From NCBI RefSeq assembly GCF_003790525.1, contig NZ_CP033636.1: 64,000 nucleotides of DNA; one strand, written 5' to 3'. Position 1 is the stretch's first letter; each line of letters opens with the position of its first letter. The notes beneath the pieces are model-generated. The model did no database searches, was not told where the DNA came from, and worked only from the letters and a program-made list of their open reading frames with translations. Below, one piece after another: positions 43,480 through 52,658 of the stretch. The translations under genes were made by a program, and so were the position numbers. The stretch is from Escherichia coli (GTDB lineage: Bacteria > Pseudomonadota > Gammaproteobacteria > Enterobacterales > Enterobacteriaceae).

Positions 43480-44622
43480 ATGTCTGATACCCTCGAAGAT
43501 ATGATTTATCGCCGTACCCTCTCATGCGGTACGATACAGGTAACCCGCGACCAGGGTGATGTTTCGCTCGATGACCTGTTTGATATCGCTGAAAGACGTA
43601 ACCCGAAACGCGCCTTTCTGTTTGTCAGCAAAGTACTCGGCAGGCACATTCCCGTGCCACCCTCAGTCATGCGGCAGGCCTACAGACAGCTTGCCAGCCA
43701 GTTCCCCGCAACGCTGACAGGGCCCGTACTTTTTATCGGTATGGCTGAAACCGCCGTTGGGCTAGGGGCCGGTGTGTTTGATGAAGTGCGCCACCAGCAT
43801 CGTGAATCTGTCTATCTGACCTCTACCCGTCACCCGGTTGATGGCACGTTACTTTGCGAGTTCAAGGAAGAACACAGCCACGCCACCGATCATCTGATCT
43901 ATCTGCCAGATGATGAAGAGAAAAGACGTCGTGTTACCAACGCACGAACGCTGGTTTTGATTGATGACGAGGCAACCACCGGTAATACCTTTATTAACCT
44001 GCTTTCTGCCCTGCGTAATACCGGCAAGCTTCAACATATTGAACAGGTTATCGCCGTTACGCTTACCGACTGGAGTAGCAACGCCCTGTCGGAGCGCACA
44101 TCCTTGCCCGTCACTTCGGTTTCGCTTGTAAGCGGTCAGTGGGGATGGACCCCATTACCTGATGCACCTGTCCCGGACATGCCGAAAGTCAACGTAACTT
44201 CACGCGGAGAATGGGACATCCTGGGAAAACAGTCCTGGGGTCGACTGGGGATGCTCGCACCTGCGGCCGATCTCGGCCATGAGGTCTCCGTCCGCAAGGG
44301 GGAACGTATTCTGGTTCTCGGGACCGGGGAATTCGTCTGGGAGCCGTTCCTGCTTGCTGAACGGCTCGAAGCTGCCGGAGCACAGGCACTTTATGGTTCG
44401 ACCACCCGCTCCCCTATCGCCGTTGGTTATGCCATTGAGTCCGCCATTTCCTTTACGGATAACTACGGGCTGGGCATCCCCAATTTTGTCTATAACGTCG
44501 CCCACCAGCAGTTTGACCGTATTCTTGTGTGTACTGAGACACCCGCAGAAAGTATTGACACGCAGCTTCTTAAAGCCCTGGCTGAGGTTGCGCCCGTCGT
44601 GGAGATTGTTACCTATGAATAA
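43480..44622 (+). CDS. phosphoribosyltransferase (PRTase)-domain protein (ter-linked)
   Basis: PRPP-binding-like motif LVLIDDEATTGNTF; start placed at the first ATG (the ORF track begins 6 nt earlier at GTG). Confidence 0.6.
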   Translation: MSDTLEDMIYRRTLSCGTIQVTRDQGDVSLDDLFDIAERRNPKRAFLFVSKVLGRHIPVPPSVMRQAYRQLASQFPATLTGPVLFIGMAETAVGLGAGVFDEVRHQHRESVYLTSTRHPVDGTLLCEFKEEHSHATDHLIYLPDDEEKRRRVTNARTLVLIDDEATTGNTFINLLSALRNTGKLQHIEQVIAVTLTDWSSNALSERTSLPVTSVSLVSGQWGWTPLPDAPVPDMPKVNVTSRGEWDILGKQSWGRLGMLAPAADLGHEVSVRKGERILVLGTGEFVWEPFLLAERLEAAGAQALYGSTTRSPIAVGYAIESAISFTDNYGLGIPNFVYNVAHQQFDRILVCTETPAESIDTQLLKALAEVAPVVEIVTYE

Positions 44623-45388
44623 ACCCGTTGTTCTGAGCGACCTTGACGACACGCTCTTTCAGACCCGTCGTAAAATGGTGGACGAGCTGGCCCTGGAGCC
44701 ATTCCGTACCGGTGCCGTTGATCGCACCCTGAATCCACGAAGCTTTATGACGGAAGAACAGTCCATGTTGGTGGACTGGCTCCTGGAGCAGGCTGAACTC
44801 ATACCTGTTACCGCCCGGGGAACTGAAGAAATCAGCCGCGTCCGGATCCCTTTCCACTCCTGGGCAATCACCACGCACGGGGCCGTCATTCTCACGCCTG
44901 AAGGCAAACCCGACGAGGAGTGGAAGGCCCATATGCTTGGCCAGCTGGCTCCCTACCAGGAAAAGCTGACATCGATGCAGCGTCTGATCACTGAAATGAT
45001 GGACGCAAAAGGGATCAATGCCTGGGCAAGGCTGAACTTCGAATACGGTGAAACGGCGGTTTATATGGTGATGAAGCACCGCGACAGCACCCGCCTTGAC
45101 GAGCTCAATGCCATTGCAGATGAGATAGAAACGGTGTTTCCGACCGAGGGCTTCTACATCCACCGCAACAGTAATAACGTGGCCTGGCTTCCCACCCCGG
45201 TTGAGAAAGGGCTGGCCGTCAGATGGCTGCTTGAAAAACTTCGGGCTGAACGCGGAGTCTTCCCCGTAATTGGCCTGGGCGACAGCCTGAGCGATCATCG
45301 TTTTATGAAACTGTGCAGCTGGTTTGGCATCCCGCGTCAGAGTCAGTTTGCAGATGCCATTTCACAGCGAATTTTTGGAGAAAATTAA
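44615..45388 (+). CDS. HAD-superfamily hydrolase (ter-linked)
   Basis: N-terminal motif VVLSDLDDTLF (DxDxT); ATG overlaps the preceding stop (atgaataa). Confidence 0.65.
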   Translation: MNKPVVLSDLDDTLFQTRRKMVDELALEPFRTGAVDRTLNPRSFMTEEQSMLVDWLLEQAELIPVTARGTEEISRVRIPFHSWAITTHGAVILTPEGKPDEEWKAHMLGQLAPYQEKLTSMQRLITEMMDAKGINAWARLNFEYGETAVYMVMKHRDSTRLDELNAIADEIETVFPTEGFYIHRNSNNVAWLPTPVEKGLAVRWLLEKLRAERGVFPVIGLGDSLSDHRFMKLCSWFGIPRQSQFADAISQRIFGEN

Positions 45389-45389
45389 A

Positions 45390-46469
45390 ATGCAGCCACA
45401 TGACACATTTACCGGCTCATACCAGCCCGGTGACGTGGAATTTCTGCTAAAGCCGGTTGTCATTGAGATGACGCCGGTTGAGCAAAAAGAAGAGCTGATT
45501 CAGTCAGGGAAGAAACATTATTCGGACATGCTCAGTCAGGAGCCAGCGCCAACACAATGGCATCTTGATTTGTTTCACCGGGCGCTGGATCGGGGCGCAG
45601 AGAGACTTGCAAAAGAAGTCACACAGCTCGCTATTGCTCTGGCCAAACGCTTTGGTGATGAGCCCATTGTACTGGCCAGTCTTGTCAGGGCTGGCGTGCC
45701 GCTCGGCGTTATGCTGCACCAGGCCCTGCGTGACATGGGGAAAACCTCATGGCATTACGGTATCAGCATTATCCGGGATCGTGGAATTGACGGTGCAGCC
45801 CTCGACGTCATTGAAGAGCGGCATGGTACCAGCGGTATTGTCTTTGTTGACGGATGGACAGGTAAAGGCGCAATTACCGGAGAGCTTGTACGCGCACTGA
45901 AAGATCGCCCGGGCTATCCTGAGCAGCCGCGACTGGTTGTCCTGGCCGATCCCTGTGGCTGCTCCTGGCTTGCAGCCAGTGATGATGACTGGCTCATTCC
46001 TTTTGGCATCATGGGTGCGCCGGTGTCAGGCCTGATCTCCCGGTCAGTGTGGTCCTCTGAAGGATTACACGGGTGCATGGTTTGCGAGCATCTCAGTGAA
46101 TTCGAATGCAGCCGGATGCTTGTCGATACCGTCGCTCATTTCCGTAAGAAGTTAACCCCGTCATCCCTCGCTCCCCTGAGCTGGAATACGGAGTCAGCCC
46201 GGATCTTATGGCAGACAAGTCGCGACGTTATCGCGTTCCTGGCCGATGAATTTAAAGTGGACAGCGTCAATCGTATAAAACCCGGTATTGCTGAAGCAAC
46301 CCGGGCTGTATTACGTCGGGTACCGGACCATGTATTTGTGCGTTCTATTGACGACCCGGACGTTGCCTTGCTTGTAGGGCTTGCTCGTGAAAAGGGAATA
46401 GTTGTTACAGAAATGGGGGGAACCCTCGGCCAGTATCGGGCTGTAACCATTATCAAGAAGGTACTTTGA
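45390..46469 (+). CDS. conserved ter-linked protein of unknown function (possible degenerate PRTase-like fold)
   Basis: 359-aa ORF from the ATG at 45390; segment IVFVDGWTGKGAITG loosely resembles a PRTase signature. Confidence 0.4.
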   Translation: MQPHDTFTGSYQPGDVEFLLKPVVIEMTPVEQKEELIQSGKKHYSDMLSQEPAPTQWHLDLFHRALDRGAERLAKEVTQLAIALAKRFGDEPIVLASLVRAGVPLGVMLHQALRDMGKTSWHYGISIIRDRGIDGAALDVIEERHGTSGIVFVDGWTGKGAITGELVRALKDRPGYPEQPRLVVLADPCGCSWLAASDDDWLIPFGIMGAPVSGLISRSVWSSEGLHGCMVCEHLSEFECSRMLVDTVAHFRKKLTPSSLAPLSWNTESARILWQTSRDVIAFLADEFKVDSVNRIKPGIAEATRAVLRRVPDHVFVRSIDDPDVALLVGLAREKGIVVTEMGGTLGQYRAVTIIKKVL

Positions 46470-47425
46470 TGAAAAATCGTCTTTCTCCCTGGAATCTGGG
46501 AGCCACGCTATACATGCCTGCAACACGGGAAGATATTGCTGATGCCGTCCTGCACGGGAAAATCCCGGGTTTGCGCTCTCTGGTGATTTGCCTGGAGGAT
46601 GCTGTCAGTGAAGCAGACATCCCCGTCGCCCTCAAAAATCTGGAGCACCTGCTGCACGAGCTCAGTAACAGCATGCATAGCCTGGGTAAAAATGACTGGC
46701 CTCTGGTGTTCATTCGCCCCCGGCATGCCGAAATGGGCAGATGGTTAAAAGCGCATTATGATCTTTCCGCTGTCGACGGGTTTGTGTTGCCGAAATTTAC
46801 CCTCAGTTCGTTAGCTGAATGGTGGGATATCATGGGCGGGACTCACCTGTGCATGATGCCAACGCTGGAAACAGAAGACGTCTTTGACGTGGTTCAGATG
46901 CGGGAGCTGGCCACCCGTCTGGTGGAACATCCCTGCCACGACCGCATTATTGCGCTTCGAATCGGCGGCAACGATCTTATGAACGTTGTGTCGCTTCGCC
47001 GTCCCCGGGACCTGACGCTGTATGACAGCCCGATGGGCTACGTCATCAAAATGCTCGTTTCGGTCTTCGGCCCGCGTGATTTTGCCCTGACCGCGCCCGT
47101 ATGTGAGCATATTGACGATCATGCCGTAATGGCCAGAGAGCTGGCTCTTGATATGGCACATGGGCTTGTTGGGAAAACGGCCATTCACCCGGGTCAGATA
47201 GAGGTCATTCAAAACGCGCTGATGGTCACTCAGGGTGAGCATTCTGACGCTCTGCGGATCCTGAACTCTACCCAGGCCGTGTTTAAGTCGCAGGGAGCAA
47301 TGTGTGAACCCGCCACACATCGCCGCTGGGCGGCTGGCATTCTGGACAGAGCTCGTTTTTATGGGTTACAGAACGAGCAAAGCGCTGATGGAATCAGATT
47401 ACTTACCGTGACCCAGCATCATTAA
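46469..47425 (+). CDS. CitE/HpcH-like aldolase or citrate-lyase beta-like TIM-barrel protein (ter-linked)
   Basis: Pattern ...LYMPATR...LRSLVICLEDAV resembles CitE/HpcH; ATG overlaps the preceding stop codon. Confidence 0.55.
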   Translation: MKNRLSPWNLGATLYMPATREDIADAVLHGKIPGLRSLVICLEDAVSEADIPVALKNLEHLLHELSNSMHSLGKNDWPLVFIRPRHAEMGRWLKAHYDLSAVDGFVLPKFTLSSLAEWWDIMGGTHLCMMPTLETEDVFDVVQMRELATRLVEHPCHDRIIALRIGGNDLMNVVSLRRPRDLTLYDSPMGYVIKMLVSVFGPRDFALTAPVCEHIDDHAVMARELALDMAHGLVGKTAIHPGQIEVIQNALMVTQGEHSDALRILNSTQAVFKSQGAMCEPATHRRWAAGILDRARFYGLQNEQSADGIRLLTVTQHH

Positions 47426-47435
47426 GGAAATCATA

Positions 47436-48644
47436 ATGGGGTTCAGATTCAGAAAGTCGATCAACATTATTCCTGGTGTTCGCCTCAACCTGAGTAACGG
47501 TGCACCGAGCCTGAGTGTCGGGCCGAGAGGTGCTTCCGTTTCTTTTGGAAGCCGGGGGACCTATGCCAATCTGGGCTTGCCCGGTACCGGGCTGAGTTAC
47601 CGTACCCGGCTTGATCGGGCCGCGCGTTCCGGAGGTGGGAACCGGACGGCTACCGACCCGGGGCTCAGACAGGCGCTTGAGGAGGAAGCCGCTGATCTCA
47701 TGTCAGCGGTGACCGCAATCCGTAATATTCACGAGCTGACGCCGGATCCTAAAACAGGCATCAGCTGGGCAGAGCTGGAAGCAGTATACCTGCATAACAG
47801 AACGTCGCCTTTTCAGGTTCCGGCACCGGTGCGTCCAGAAAAGCCAGACTATCTTGCATTGCCGGAAAAGCCTGCCGAGAGCGAAGGCATTAGTTTTCTG
47901 GGTAAATGGTTTGAATCGGAATCAGCTAAAGCTGAGCGCCACGCCGAAAATCTTCGCCGGTGGCAGCAGGAGCTGATTGATGTGGAGCGTGAGAATACCC
48001 TTCGACAGCACCGGTACCAGCAACAACGGACGGCCTGGGCCGAACAGTATGCAAACTGGAAGTTTGAGGCTGAAGAACATGAAAAACGGCTCGCCACGGC
48101 TCAGGCAGATGCCCGGCAGCAGTTCCGGACAGACGCCGCGTTTTTCGAATCATACCTGGCGGGTGTGCTGGCAGAAACTGAATGGCCGCGTGAAACGCTT
48201 GTTGCATTTGAAGTAAAGCCGGAGCTATCAGCAGTCCTGCTGGATGTTGATTTAGCTGAGATTGAAGATTTCCCTGATAAGATTTACGGCGTTAATGCCC
48301 GGGGCACGGAGCTGACGGAAAAAGCCATGACGCAAAAAGCCGTACGCGAAAACTATGCCCGCCACGTCCATGGCTGCTTGTTCCGCCTGGTCGGTATCGT
48401 TTTACATACGCTACCGTTCGACAACGTGATTGTGTCAGGCTTTACGCAACGGGTCAGTAAGCGGACCGGCTATCTGGAGGATGAGTATATCCTGTCCTGC
48501 AAATGCAGTCGCAGCCAGATGTCGTCAGTAAATTTTGCAGGCTTAGAACACATTGATCCGGTTGAAGCGTTAGGCGATCACCCGGTTATTCGAAAGATGA
48601 GCAGTACCTTCATTTTTCAGCCTATTGAACCACTAACCCTTTAA
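47436..48644 (+). CDS. DUF4236-domain protein (ter-linked)
   Basis: N-terminus MGFRFRKSINIIPGVRLNLSNGAPSLSVGPRGASVSFG is characteristic of DUF4236 as recalled. Confidence 0.5.
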   Translation: MGFRFRKSINIIPGVRLNLSNGAPSLSVGPRGASVSFGSRGTYANLGLPGTGLSYRTRLDRAARSGGGNRTATDPGLRQALEEEAADLMSAVTAIRNIHELTPDPKTGISWAELEAVYLHNRTSPFQVPAPVRPEKPDYLALPEKPAESEGISFLGKWFESESAKAERHAENLRRWQQELIDVERENTLRQHRYQQQRTAWAEQYANWKFEAEEHEKRLATAQADARQQFRTDAAFFESYLAGVLAETEWPRETLVAFEVKPELSAVLLDVDLAEIEDFPDKIYGVNARGTELTEKAMTQKAVRENYARHVHGCLFRLVGIVLHTLPFDNVIVSGFTQRVSKRTGYLEDEYILSCKCSRSQMSSVNFAGLEHIDPVEALGDHPVIRKMSSTFIFQPIEPLTL

Positions 48645-48661
48645 GCAGGCTAAATCTTACG

Positions 48662-49129
48662 ATGCAATTAAATACCAGACAGGCCCGGATTTTTAAGCTT
48701 GCCAACTTACTGGGCACCGGCAAGCCCGTTTCCGCTGCCGACATTATAACCAGTCTGGAATGCTCAGAGCCGACATTAACCCGGGCACTCAAAGAGCTAC
48801 GCGAGTCATATTCTGCGGAGATCAAATACAGCAAGGCAGGTCATTCCTACCATCTCGTTAATCCGGGCCAGCTGGATAAAAAGACCCTTCGCCGGATGAA
48901 TGAAGCGCTCGCACAGAATGCTGAACTGAAAACCGGTGAGTCCACAGGGAAGGTCGTACTCGATAAGGATAAAAAAACAGCCGTGTCATTATCGCTACGC
49001 ATGCGGATTTTAAGAAAAATTGACCGTCTGGCTGCGCTGAGTGGCTCGACCCGAAGTGAAGCGGTAGAGAAGCTGGCTCTGCACTCCGTTGATGAACTGA
49101 TAAAAGAATACAGCGCTAAAAAGTCCTGA
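48662..49129 (+). CDS. terW: putative transcriptional regulator TerW
   Basis: 155-aa HTH-like protein at the end of the ter-linked operon; length and position fit TerW; recall-based. Confidence 0.55.
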   Translation: MQLNTRQARIFKLANLLGTGKPVSAADIITSLECSEPTLTRALKELRESYSAEIKYSKAGHSYHLVNPGQLDKKTLRRMNEALAQNAELKTGESTGKVVLDKDKKTAVSLSLRMRILRKIDRLAALSGSTRSEAVEKLALHSVDELIKEYSAKKS

Positions 49130-49143
49130 CGCTAAATCTCAGA

Positions 49144-49168
49144 CCGGGGTGAAAACCCCGGTTTTGTC
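49144..49168 (+). terminator. intrinsic terminator downstream of terW
   Basis: CCGGGG-TGAAAA-CCCCGG hairpin followed by TTTTGTC, 15 nt after the terW stop. Confidence 0.7.
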
Positions 49169-49591
49169 ATATTTCACCTCTGTATCTGCGTGACGGAGTT
49201 TTGATCTATTCTCCTCCCGCAATGTCAGCAGCGCCTTTCTGCCTACAAAACCTGGTGTCTTGACATCCTCTTGTGCTACACATCAATCTTTGGGCGATTT
49301 ACACTCCATTCATGCAGATCTGTGATGTATGATGATTTTCATACATAAGAAAGTTTATTTTTGCCGGAGTTTTTTTCAGAAATTTATATTCCAGTACGGT
49401 CTGAATTTTTTTCTCTGATAAGAGGCCATTCACATGTCGGTAATTCAATGGTGGTTAACTTATTTCTTTAATGCCGCTTCTGAGTATTTAATCTCCACCC
49501 GACAGATGTCGTGCCGTTTTATCAAATCTACAAACTCTGGCCTCTTCCTGAAACTACTCTCCTCTTCCGATCTCTTAAGAAGGAATTACAT

Positions 49592-50230
49592 TTGAGACGC
49601 TTACCCGTATATCTGCTACTCGACACGTCCGGCTCTATGCACGGAGAGCCTATCGAAGCGGTTAAGAATGGCGTTCAGACGCTGCTTACCACGCTGAAAC
49701 AGGATCCGTATGCACTCGAAACGGCTTACGTGTCAGTGATCACCTTTGATTCTTCAGCCCGACAGGCAGTCCCCCTGACAGACCTCCTGAGTTTCCAGAT
49801 GCCAGCACTAACAGCCAGCGGCACCACCTCTCTTGGCGAAGCGCTTTCCCTCACGGCCAGCTCCATTGCCAAAGAAGTACAGAAAACGACGGCTGACACT
49901 AAAGGTGACTGGCGTCCCCTTGTATTCCTGATGACGGATGGAAGTCCGAATGATGACTGGCGTAAAGGCCTGAATGACTTTAAAGCGGCCAGAACCGGCG
50001 TTGTTGTGGCATGTGCAGCCGGGCATGATGCCGATACCAGCGTCCTCAAAGAAATCACTGAAATCGTGGTTCAGCTCGATACAGCTGACAGTTCGACGAT
50101 TAAAGCTTTCTTTAAATGGGTCAGTGCGAGCATTTCGGTAGGCAGTCAGAAAGTGGAGTCCAGCAAAAAAGAAGTGATCGGTCTTGAAGACCTGCCACCG
50201 CCGCCGCCAGAAGTAAACGTGGTCTTATAA
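49592..50230 (+). CDS. terY: vWA-domain protein, TerY-like paralog 1 (TTG start inferred)
   Basis: MIDAS motif LLLDTSGSM; start set at TTG (RRLPVYLLLDTSGSM) to match the 213-aa paralog; the ORF track starts 27 codons earlier at ATG. Confidence 0.6.
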   Translation: MRRLPVYLLLDTSGSMHGEPIEAVKNGVQTLLTTLKQDPYALETAYVSVITFDSSARQAVPLTDLLSFQMPALTASGTTSLGEALSLTASSIAKEVQKTTADTKGDWRPLVFLMTDGSPNDDWRKGLNDFKAARTGVVVACAAGHDADTSVLKEITEIVVQLDTADSSTIKAFFKWVSASISVGSQKVESSKKEVIGLEDLPPPPPEVNVVL

Positions 50231-50252
50231 TTTTATTAATTAAGGGGATGTC

Positions 50253-50894
50253 ATGTCTGTCAGTCTGAGCAAAGGCCAGGGCGTAAGCCTGAAAAAAAAT
50301 GAATACGATCTCTCGTCCGTTACTATCGGCCTGGGTTGGGATATTAATGAGGAAAAGAAAGGTTTCCTCGGCGGGATCTTTGGTAAAAAAGAAGAAGAAT
50401 ACGACCTTGATGTGATCGCTTTCCTGTGTAATTCAGCCGGAAAGGTGACCGATCTCGGCAATGTGGAAAATGGTAAACCAACGCTTGTGAATGGCGATAT
50501 CATCTTTTTCAACAGCCTTCGCCATAAGTCAGGAAATATCTGGCTGACGGGCGATAACCGAACCGGAGCCGGTGATGGTGACGATGAGCAAATTATTGTG
50601 CGCCTGAATTCCCTTGACGCTCAGTACGAGAAAATTGTGTTCATCGTTCAGATCTACAATGGTGAAAAGCTCCAGCAGCACTTTGGTAAAGTTCAGAATG
50701 CCTTCATCCGGGCAGTAGATGCCCGTAATATTGAAATGGCACGATTCGATCTTTCTGGCGGACCCGCCTTCGCCAGCCAGCGCTCCATGGTTTTTGCCGA
50801 GCTGATACGCGAGGCTACAGGCTGGAAACTCAGGGCAATTGGTGAGCCTTCAGAATCAGATTCGTTTGTCTCGCACCTGAGGAATTACATGTGA
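50253..50894 (+). CDS. terX: TerD-family protein TerX
   Basis: 213-aa translation [30 protein letters not shown]... with the GDNRTGAGDGDDE motif. Confidence 0.75.
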   Translation: MSVSLSKGQGVSLKKNEYDLSSVTIGLGWDINEEKKGFLGGIFGKKEEEYDLDVIAFLCNSAGKVTDLGNVENGKPTLVNGDIIFFNSLRHKSGNIWLTGDNRTGAGDGDDEQIIVRLNSLDAQYEKIVFIVQIYNGEKLQQHFGKVQNAFIRAVDARNIEMARFDLSGGPAFASQRSMVFAELIREATGWKLRAIGEPSESDSFVSHLRNYM

Positions 50895-51532
50895 TGCGCC
50901 GCCTGCCTGTTTACCTTGTTATCGACACATCCGGCTCGATGCGCGGTGAGTCCATCCATTCCGTTAACGTTGGAATTCAGGCGATGCTTAGCGCTCTTCG
51001 CCAGGATCCCTACGCCCTCGAAAGCGTTCATATCTCCATTATCACCTATGACAATGAGGCGCGTGAGTTCATTCCTCTCACGCCGCTGGAAGACTTCCAG
51101 TTTTCTGACATCGTTGTGCCAAGCGCAGGCGGGACGTTCACCGGTGCTGCCCTTGAATGTCTGATGCAGTGTGTTGAACGGGATGTACGTCGCTCAGATG
51201 GTGATACAAAAGGAGACTGGCGTCCTCTGGTATTCCTGATGACTGATGGAACCCCTTCTGATGCCCTGGCGTACGGTGAAGCGGTAAAAGCGATTCGCGG
51301 CCGGGGATTCGGATCCATCATTGCCTGCGCCGTTGGTCCTAAAGCAGGCCATGAGCACTTAAAACAGCTCACCGATAAGGTTGTGTCTCTGGAGACGCTA
51401 GATTCAACCGCGTTTGCAGGTTTCTTTAAATGGGTATCGGCCAGCGTGTCTTCCGGCAGCACAAGCGCGGGGATCAATAACGGAACTGATACCCTTCCCC
51501 CTCCTCCACCAGAAATCCAGCTGGTGCTCTGA
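50894..51532 (+). CDS. terY: vWA-domain protein, TerY-like paralog 2
   Basis: MRRLPVYLVIDTSGSMRGES...; ATG overlaps the terX stop by 1 nt. Confidence 0.7.
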   Translation: MRRLPVYLVIDTSGSMRGESIHSVNVGIQAMLSALRQDPYALESVHISIITYDNEAREFIPLTPLEDFQFSDIVVPSAGGTFTGAALECLMQCVERDVRRSDGDTKGDWRPLVFLMTDGTPSDALAYGEAVKAIRGRGFGSIIACAVGPKAGHEHLKQLTDKVVSLETLDSTAFAGFFKWVSASVSSGSTSAGINNGTDTLPPPPPEIQLVL

Positions 51533-51617
51533 CAGACAGAAAGGTGCTGCTTTCCGGGCAGCACCTTTCTGTACAGCAACGTTTTCTGCTGGCCGTACCA
51601 GCCGTACGAGGAAAATT

Positions 51618-52658
51618 ATGAGACGCCTTCCCGTGTTTTTTGTCCTGGACTGTTCAGAGTCCATGATTGGTGAAAACCTGAAAAAAATGACTGATGGTCT
51701 GCAAATGATCATCGGAGATTTAAGAAAGGATCCACACGCACTTGAAACAGCCTGGGTTTCGGTAATCGCATTTGCCGGTGTAGCCCGTACGATTGTACCT
51801 CTTCACGAAATTGCCTCGTTCTACCCTCCCCGCCTTCCCGTTGGCGGCGGTACGAGCCTTGGGGCCGCATTGCGTGAGCTGACCGTACAAATTGATACCC
51901 AGGTCAGAAAAACCACTCATGAGGCTAAAGGCGACTGGAAACCCGTCGTGTATCTCCTTACCGACGGACGTCCGACTGACGACACAACCGCAGAAGTGAA
52001 GCGCTGGAAGGATCACTACGCGAGTAAAGTGAATCTCATTGCCGTTGGCCTGGGGCCGTCAGCGGACCTGAATACCCTGCGGCAACTGACAGAGAATGTC
52101 ATGCTGTTCACCGAGTCTCAGGAAGGGGACTTTACCCGCTTCATCAAATGGATCACAGCCTCGGTTACGGCGCACAGCCGCAGCGTCGGAGACGACAAAC
52201 AACCTGAGCTCAGCCAGACTGAATACATAGTCCGGCTGGCCAAGGACGAGCCAGTAAAAGCGTACGACGAAAACTGCGTTACGCTTACCGGCCGTTGCAG
52301 CAAGACCCGTCGTCCGTATCTGATGAAGTATGAACGGCCACCAGCAAGGATTTCCGGGCTCGATTTCAGCCTGAACCTGAACAGCTTTAATATTGCCGGA
52401 TGCTATCCCATCGATGAAGACTATTTTGCATGGTCAGATGCCACCGCTACCGGTTTGCAGGTAAACACCAGCGAACTGCATGGCGTACCGGGTTGCCCTC
52501 ACTGCGGTAATGCCAGTGCGTTTGCCCTGTGCTCATGCGGAAAATTGCTGTGCATTGACGGCCCGGATGACGTGATCTGCCCGTGGTGTGAAACAGGTCT
52601 GTCATTCAGCAATGATGGCGGAAACACTAACTTCGACGTAAACAGAGGGAGAGGTTGA
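51618..52658 (+). CDS. vWA-domain protein, TerY-like paralog 3, with C-terminal Cys-rich zinc-ribbon-like tail
   Basis: MRRLPVFFVLDCSESM...; C-terminus CPHCGNASAFALCSCGKLLCIDGPDDVICPWC. Confidence 0.65.
   Translation: MRRLPVFFVLDCSESMIGENLKKMTDGLQMIIGDLRKDPHALETAWVSVIAFAGVARTIVPLHEIASFYPPRLPVGGGTSLGAALRELTVQIDTQVRKTTHEAKGDWKPVVYLLTDGRPTDDTTAEVKRWKDHYASKVNLIAVGLGPSADLNTLRQLTENVMLFTESQEGDFTRFIKWITASVTAHSRSVGDDKQPELSQTEYIVRLAKDEPVKAYDENCVTLTGRCSKTRRPYLMKYERPPARISGLDFSLNLNSFNIAGCYPIDEDYFAWSDATATGLQVNTSELHGVPGCPHCGNASAFALCSCGKLLCIDGPDDVICPWCETGLSFSNDGGNTNFDVNRGRG

Noticed and set aside
44200-45298. Minus-strand ORFs (44200-44652, 44609-45298) antisense to the PRTase and HAD genes
   Set aside because: Opposite-strand frames within a tightly coupled plus-strand operon; no motifs.
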